Source of the DNA: a virus
Taxonomy: Duplodnaviria > Heunggongvirae > Uroviricota > Caudoviricetes
Reading direction: 5' to 3' (one strand)
Virus record (IMG/VR): IMGVR_UViG_2526164662_000025
DNA: 13,122 bases
The notes beneath the pieces are model-generated. The model was not told the origin of the DNA, ran no database searches, and worked only from the letters and a program-made list of their open reading frames with translations. Both the position numbers and the translations under genes were made by a program. Below are positions 9,578-13,122 of this stretch, piece by piece. Numbering within the stretch: position 1 is the first letter of the stretch; each line of letters begins with the position of its first letter.

Positions 9578-9613
9578 ATTGTAAAAACCTCCTGTTGATG
9601 GTCAGCACTGGCT

Positions 9614-10216
9614 TCATGGCATGGCCATGAGCATTTTCACGTCCGCATCACCGTCTGCTGACGTCTGTGGCACGCCACCCTGTACCGCTGCCGGTGAATG
9701 GTTCGCCATGATGCGTTCAAACATGGCGGTTGTGGATGCAGAGACCGGTTCTGCCTTACCTGATCCCGCAGCCAGCACAGCCCGGGCGCTCTCCACAGTC
9801 ATTCCCGGGCAGGCAGCCAGCTGTTCAGCCTGCGCCTCAGCCCCTTTTGCCTCATCCAGTGCCATGATCTGATCACGGAGTGAGGGTCCGGCATCCGCCT
9901 GCGGTGAAGCAGCCAGGATCGGGCGGGCTTTTTCCACCGTCATCTCCGGCATCGCCGCCAGCGTTGCCGCCAGTTGTTCACGACCTTTCGCTTCTTCACA
10001 CGCCATAATGCGATCGGCTTCACTCTGCGCGGATGCCACCGGCTGCTGTGGTGCCGCCGCGGCCAGAATCGCCCGGGCCTGTTCAACGCTCATGCCCTGT
10101 TGTCCTGCCAGCATCGTGGCAAGCTGTTCACGTCCTTTCGCTTCCTGGCATGTCAGGATCCCCATCACTCGCTGGTTCTCCTGCGCGGCGGCTTCCGTTG
10201 CAGTTAATTGCGGCAT
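9614..10216 (-). CDS. Nu3: Candidate nested in-frame scaffold protein (Nu3-like), translated from an internal start within C, about 201 aa
   Basis: Internal ATG (Met302 of C, at 10214..10216) is preceded by a strong SD: minus strand reads gtcAGAGGAGGcactATG. In lambda, Nu3 is known to be made from an in-frame internal start within C. Sequence-context evidence only. Confidence 0.5.
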   Translation of the reverse strand: MPQLTATEAAAQENQRVMGILTCQEAKGREQLATMLAGQQGMSVEQARAILAAAAPQQPVASAQSEADRIMACEEAKGREQLAATLAAMPEMTVEKARPILAASPQADAGPSLRDQIMALDEAKGAEAQAEQLAACPGMTVESARAVLAAGSGKAEPVSASTTAMFERIMANHSPAAVQGGVPQTSADGDADVKMLMAMP

Positions 10217-11119
10217 AGTGCCTCCTCTGACATTACTGTTCAGCGCCGTGGCCATCACACTGATGGCATCCGACGCATTGATTAATTCATCCGCCAGCCC
10301 GGCCTCAATGCCGGACTGACCTTCAAAAACGGCGGCCTCTGTTCCCGTGACGGCATCAACAGACAGACCGGTATACATCGCTACTTTTTCAGCAAACATC
10401 CGGCGCGCCGCATCAATGCGCTGTTGCATGTCCTGGCGAACCTCTGCCGGCAACGCTTCAAACTGATTGCCATCCACCTTGTGCGCCCCTGAGTAAATCA
10501 GCGTGATATCAACACCGGCCTGCGCCAGATGACCGGCATAGCTGACATGGCTCATCATCACGCCAATGGAGCCGATACGGGATGTCTGGGTAACCAGCCG
10601 TCGGGAGCAGGCCGACGCCAGCAGCATGGCTGCAGAGCAGGCCGTGTCATTGCACAGTGCCCAGACCGGCTTCTGCTGACGGAGGCGGTAAATCATGTCA
10701 GCGCAGTCAAACGCGCCGGCGGCCTGCCCGCCCGGACTGTCAATGTCCAGCAGTACGCCCCGCACCTGGCTATCCGCCATTGCCTGCTGAAGACAGGCGA
10801 CAATGCCGTCATAGCCTGTCATTCCGGAAAATGGCCGCATACCCCCCAGCCGGTGCACCAGCGTGCCGGTCACCGGCAGTACAGCAATACCGTTCACCAC
10901 CCGGTAAACACGGGCCGGTCGTTTACCTCCGGCCATGTACTCGTCCGTTTCAGCCAGCATTCCGGGAGCATCAAACTGTACCTGCTGTTGTGGTACCGAA
11001 AGACTTGATGCCCCCATCTCGCGCCCGAGCGCGCAAAAGAAAACCCGCGCATAGGCGGGCTCCAGAAGCAGCGGTTCATTGAATGCTGCGGCAATAATGT
11101 GTGAAAGATTACGTCTCAC
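9614..11119 (-). CDS. C: Head maturation protease / scaffold protein C (lambda gpC-like, S49 SppA/ClpP-type peptidase domain plus C-terminal repeat-rich scaffold region), 501 aa
   Basis: N-terminal region (AAFNEPLLLEPAYARVFFCAL, GIAVLPVTGTL, KPVWALCND, SRRLVTQTSRIGSIGVMMSH, ITLIYSGAHKVDGN) matches lambda gpC. It lies between portal and D and overlaps the B stop. The C-terminal third contains tandem repeats. Confidence 0.9.
   Translation of the reverse strand: MRRNLSHIIAAAFNEPLLLEPAYARVFFCALGREMGASSLSVPQQQVQFDAPGMLAETDEYMAGGKRPARVYRVVNGIAVLPVTGTLVHRLGGMRPFSGMTGYDGIVACLQQAMADSQVRGVLLDIDSPGGQAAGAFDCADMIYRLRQQKPVWALCNDTACSAAMLLASACSRRLVTQTSRIGSIGVMMSHVSYAGHLAQAGVDITLIYSGAHKVDGNQFEALPAEVRQDMQQRIDAARRMFAEKVAMYTGLSVDAVTGTEAAVFEGQSGIEAGLADELINASDAISVMATALNSNVRGGTMPQLTATEAAAQENQRVMGILTCQEAKGREQLATMLAGQQGMSVEQARAILAAAAPQQPVASAQSEADRIMACEEAKGREQLAATLAAMPEMTVEKARPILAASPQADAGPSLRDQIMALDEAKGAEAQAEQLAACPGMTVESARAVLAAGSGKAEPVSASTTAMFERIMANHSPAAVQGGVPQTSADGDADVKMLMAMP
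9758..10180 (-). repeat. Three tandem, diverged ~45-aa (~140-150 bp) coding repeats in the C/Nu3 C-terminal region
   Basis: Protein repeats ENQRVMGILTCQEAKGREQLATMLAGQQGMSVEQARAILAAAAPQ / EADRIMACEEAKGREQLAATLAAMPEMTVEKARPILAASPQ / LRDQIMALDEAKGAEAQAEQLAACPGMTVESARAVLAAGSG, followed by a degenerate fourth (FERIMANHSPAAVQ). Confidence 0.65.
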
Positions 11120-12701
11120 GTGGTGTTGTCTCCTCTTCCGGCCTGCGACTCTCCGCTATCTGCTGCTCATACGCCTGCGCTATCCACACCGGACGTGAGA
11201 GTCCGGCTTTTTGTCGCTCAGCAGATTCCCTGACCTGCTGGCGGAAAATGTCCTGATAATCCTCGCCCATCAGCGCCAGCTCTTTCTCATACGTGCTCAG
11301 TCCGGCCTCAATGCGCATCACCGATTCCTGAACCTCCTTGAGCCCGTCAATGGCCATTCTTCCGGCTCCTATCCACTCTGCCCGTGACCAGGCTGATCGC
11401 GCCTGATAAAAATCAAAACGTGCCCGTGGCGGACGAATAATCCCCCGAAGAAGTGCCTCTTCCAGCCAGCAGGAAAACATCTGCGTGGCCAGCCGGGCCG
11501 CAATAAATTTTCGCCGCCCCATAAAATAGCGCCACGACTCATTGGCGGAGGCGCGGGCACTTGAGTAACTGACCTTCGAGTAATCACGGGACAACTGTTC
11601 GTAGGAAACGCCAAGACCGGCGGCGATATACCGCAGCAACGCCTGTTCAAGCGCAGAAAATCCATTGTCTGAATCCTGCGCAGTCTGTAGTTTCAGATCA
11701 TCACCAGGGAAAAGGTGCGGAATTTTGACACCGCCCAGTGTCACGTTATTCGTGTCATACCAGCTGGAGAACTTCTCCAGAATATTAATAAGCGGATTAT
11801 CTTTCTGCTCCTGTGGCGCGCCGGCGATATATTCAAAGGCCTTTTCGGTATCAAGTTCACTTTCAATCGTCGCTGCATACATGGCTTTCACAATGGCCGA
11901 CTGAAGCTGTGTTGCCTGCAGGGAATCCAGCATCTTCAGCCGTTCCATGACGCTGTAAAACTGATTAGCCCCACGGGTCTGCCCGTCCTCCACCGGCTCG
12001 AAAATATGCAGCATGGCCGGACGCCCGGTGGGTAGTTCACGCGGGATCCGTTCCCATCGTCCACTACCAGAGAACGGAAAATCATCCTCACAGATATGGT
12101 ACGCAACGGCACGGCCATATCGATCGACCTCCACCCCGGCCCGCAGAAAACGGTTCCCCATACCGTGTCCTGGCGTGTCCACCCGTTTCGGACTCACGGC
12201 TTTAAAACGCGTACGAAACAGTTGCGTGCTCTCCGTATCCCAGACCGGCTGCACAAAGATTTCGCCGTTAAACGCATGAACGCCCACACCTTCACGGATA
12301 AATTCCGTAAACGTGCGTTTCCCTTCCACGTCGATCTCGCCAGACATCCCTTCGGCGTATTCCGACCAGGCCGCCTCCACCTCATCGACAAAACTTTTTG
12401 CTGCAGTCTCCCGCATCCCCAGCCAGCGCCAGTTCGGACGGTAGCTGATCAGAAACATATGCCCGACAATATGATCCTTATGCAGTGCCACCGCATTGGC
12501 CGCTATCCCGTTATTGCGCACCAGATCATCTGCACGGGCATTGCCCAGACGCAACGCGGGCAACAGGGCCGCATCGGCACTCTGCGCCGGTGGCAACCAC
12601 TCCGCCATTTGCCCGCCAAATCCTGCACCGCCCCCGTTGTAGCTGAGGCTCTCCCGAAGCGGAACACCGTTCACATCAATCAGGACAGGCGTTCGTTTCA
12701 T
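11109..12701 (-). CDS. B: Portal protein B (lambda gpB-like), 530 aa
   Basis: Matches lambda gpB along its length as I recall it (for example GNARADDLVRNNG, FEPVEDGQTRGAN, LQSAIVKAMYAATIESELDT, LLRYIAAGLGVSYEQLSR, WIGAGRMAIDGLKEVQE). Its start overlaps the W stop as ATGA. Confidence 0.95.
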   Translation of the reverse strand: MKRTPVLIDVNGVPLRESLSYNGGGAGFGGQMAEWLPPAQSADAALLPALRLGNARADDLVRNNGIAANAVALHKDHIVGHMFLISYRPNWRWLGMRETAAKSFVDEVEAAWSEYAEGMSGEIDVEGKRTFTEFIREGVGVHAFNGEIFVQPVWDTESTQLFRTRFKAVSPKRVDTPGHGMGNRFLRAGVEVDRYGRAVAYHICEDDFPFSGSGRWERIPRELPTGRPAMLHIFEPVEDGQTRGANQFYSVMERLKMLDSLQATQLQSAIVKAMYAATIESELDTEKAFEYIAGAPQEQKDNPLINILEKFSSWYDTNNVTLGGVKIPHLFPGDDLKLQTAQDSDNGFSALEQALLRYIAAGLGVSYEQLSRDYSKVSYSSARASANESWRYFMGRRKFIAARLATQMFSCWLEEALLRGIIRPPRARFDFYQARSAWSRAEWIGAGRMAIDGLKEVQESVMRIEAGLSTYEKELALMGEDYQDIFRQQVRESAERQKAGLSRPVWIAQAYEQQIAESRRPEEETTPRET

Positions 12702-12904
12702 AACCTCACTCCCAGCGGACGACGGCGGCGGCTTGTTGTCCCCAGCACTGACTCCGCATCATTGATCGCCCGGTTAAGATCATCCAGAGAGGCCACCGTA
12801 TATTCAATTCTTCGTCCATCTTTCTGGACAGACACCACCCGTTTACCGGTTAATAAATCAAGGCGCGCCTGACGCAGCGCCTGCAGTTCAGCGACTGTAA
12901 CCAT
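12698..12904 (-). CDS. W: Head-tail joining / head completion protein W (lambda gpW-like), 68 aa
   Basis: 68 aa, between terminase and portal. Recalled similarity to lambda gpW (LTGKRVVSVQKDGRRIEYT motif). Confidence 0.9.
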   Translation of the reverse strand: MVTVAELQALRQARLDLLTGKRVVSVQKDGRRIEYTVASLDDLNRAINDAESVLGTTSRRRRPLGVRL

Positions 12905-13122
12905 TCACTCCTCCGGACAGCTTCGCTGCCAGTTCTTTCAGGGTTGGCCGGGTCGTCTCTTCTTCCCGGGATTTTGCCAGTACAGCCAGATCAAGCTGCC
13001 AGCGTTGCACGGACACACGTAATGCCGCGTAGGCATACACCAGGCAGTCCAGCGCTTCGTTACGCCGCTTTTTGTTATCCCACAGCAGACGCATCTTTCC
13101 TTTTTCCCACTTCTCCACCAGC
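12888..13122 (-). CDS. A: Terminase large subunit A (lambda gpA-like), C-terminal end only; the 5' part lies beyond the window
   Basis: Minus-strand frame is open to the window edge and ends at 12888, overlapping the W start by 17 nt. The C-terminal residues (...KGKMRLLWDNKKRRNEALDCLVYAYAA...) and the position immediately upstream of W fit the lambda terminase large subunit. Confidence 0.8.
   Translation of the reverse strand, partial: LVEKWEKGKMRLLWDNKKRRNEALDCLVYAYAALRVSVQRWQLDLAVLAKSREEETTRPTLKELAAKLSGGVNGYSR

Noticed and set aside
9614-11119. Interpreting the extra length of C as a fusion of two genes or a missed stop codon
   Set aside because: The frame is continuous, the extra length is explained by internal tandem repeats of one module, and the gene ends with the expected overlap geometry before D.

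Overview
The window is a nearly complete lambda-like (lambdoid) phage late morphogenesis operon, all encoded on the minus strand in canonical lambda order: A (terminase large subunit, C-terminal end only) - W - B (portal) - C (head protease/scaffold) - D (decoration) - E (major capsid) - FI - FII - Z - U - V (major tail) - G/G-T - H (tape measure) - M - L (runs off the window start). Assignments rest on translating the supplied ORFs and comparing them with lambda proteins from memory; no database search was run. Three things interrupt this otherwise ordinary structural module. (1) A 1258-bp IS3-family element (IS911-like, with orfA/orfB and an A6G frameshift site) sits on the plus strand inside the tail terminator gene U, flanked by a 3-bp GCC target duplication; removing it restores a 131-aa U. 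(2) Tail gene L is frameshifted by an apparent 1-nt loss in a homopolymer run. (3) The C (protease/scaffold) gene is about 60 aa longer than I recall for lambda C because its C-terminal scaffold-like segment is present as three tandem ~45-aa repeats. I see no defence system, toxin-antitoxin pair, moron cargo, tRNA or CRISPR array; the intergenic gaps are too short to hide one. The most likely reading is a defective or decaying lambdoid prophage, or a phage with assembly errors at the L homopolymer. Long plus-strand ORFs in the track are antisense shadows of the minus-strand genes.
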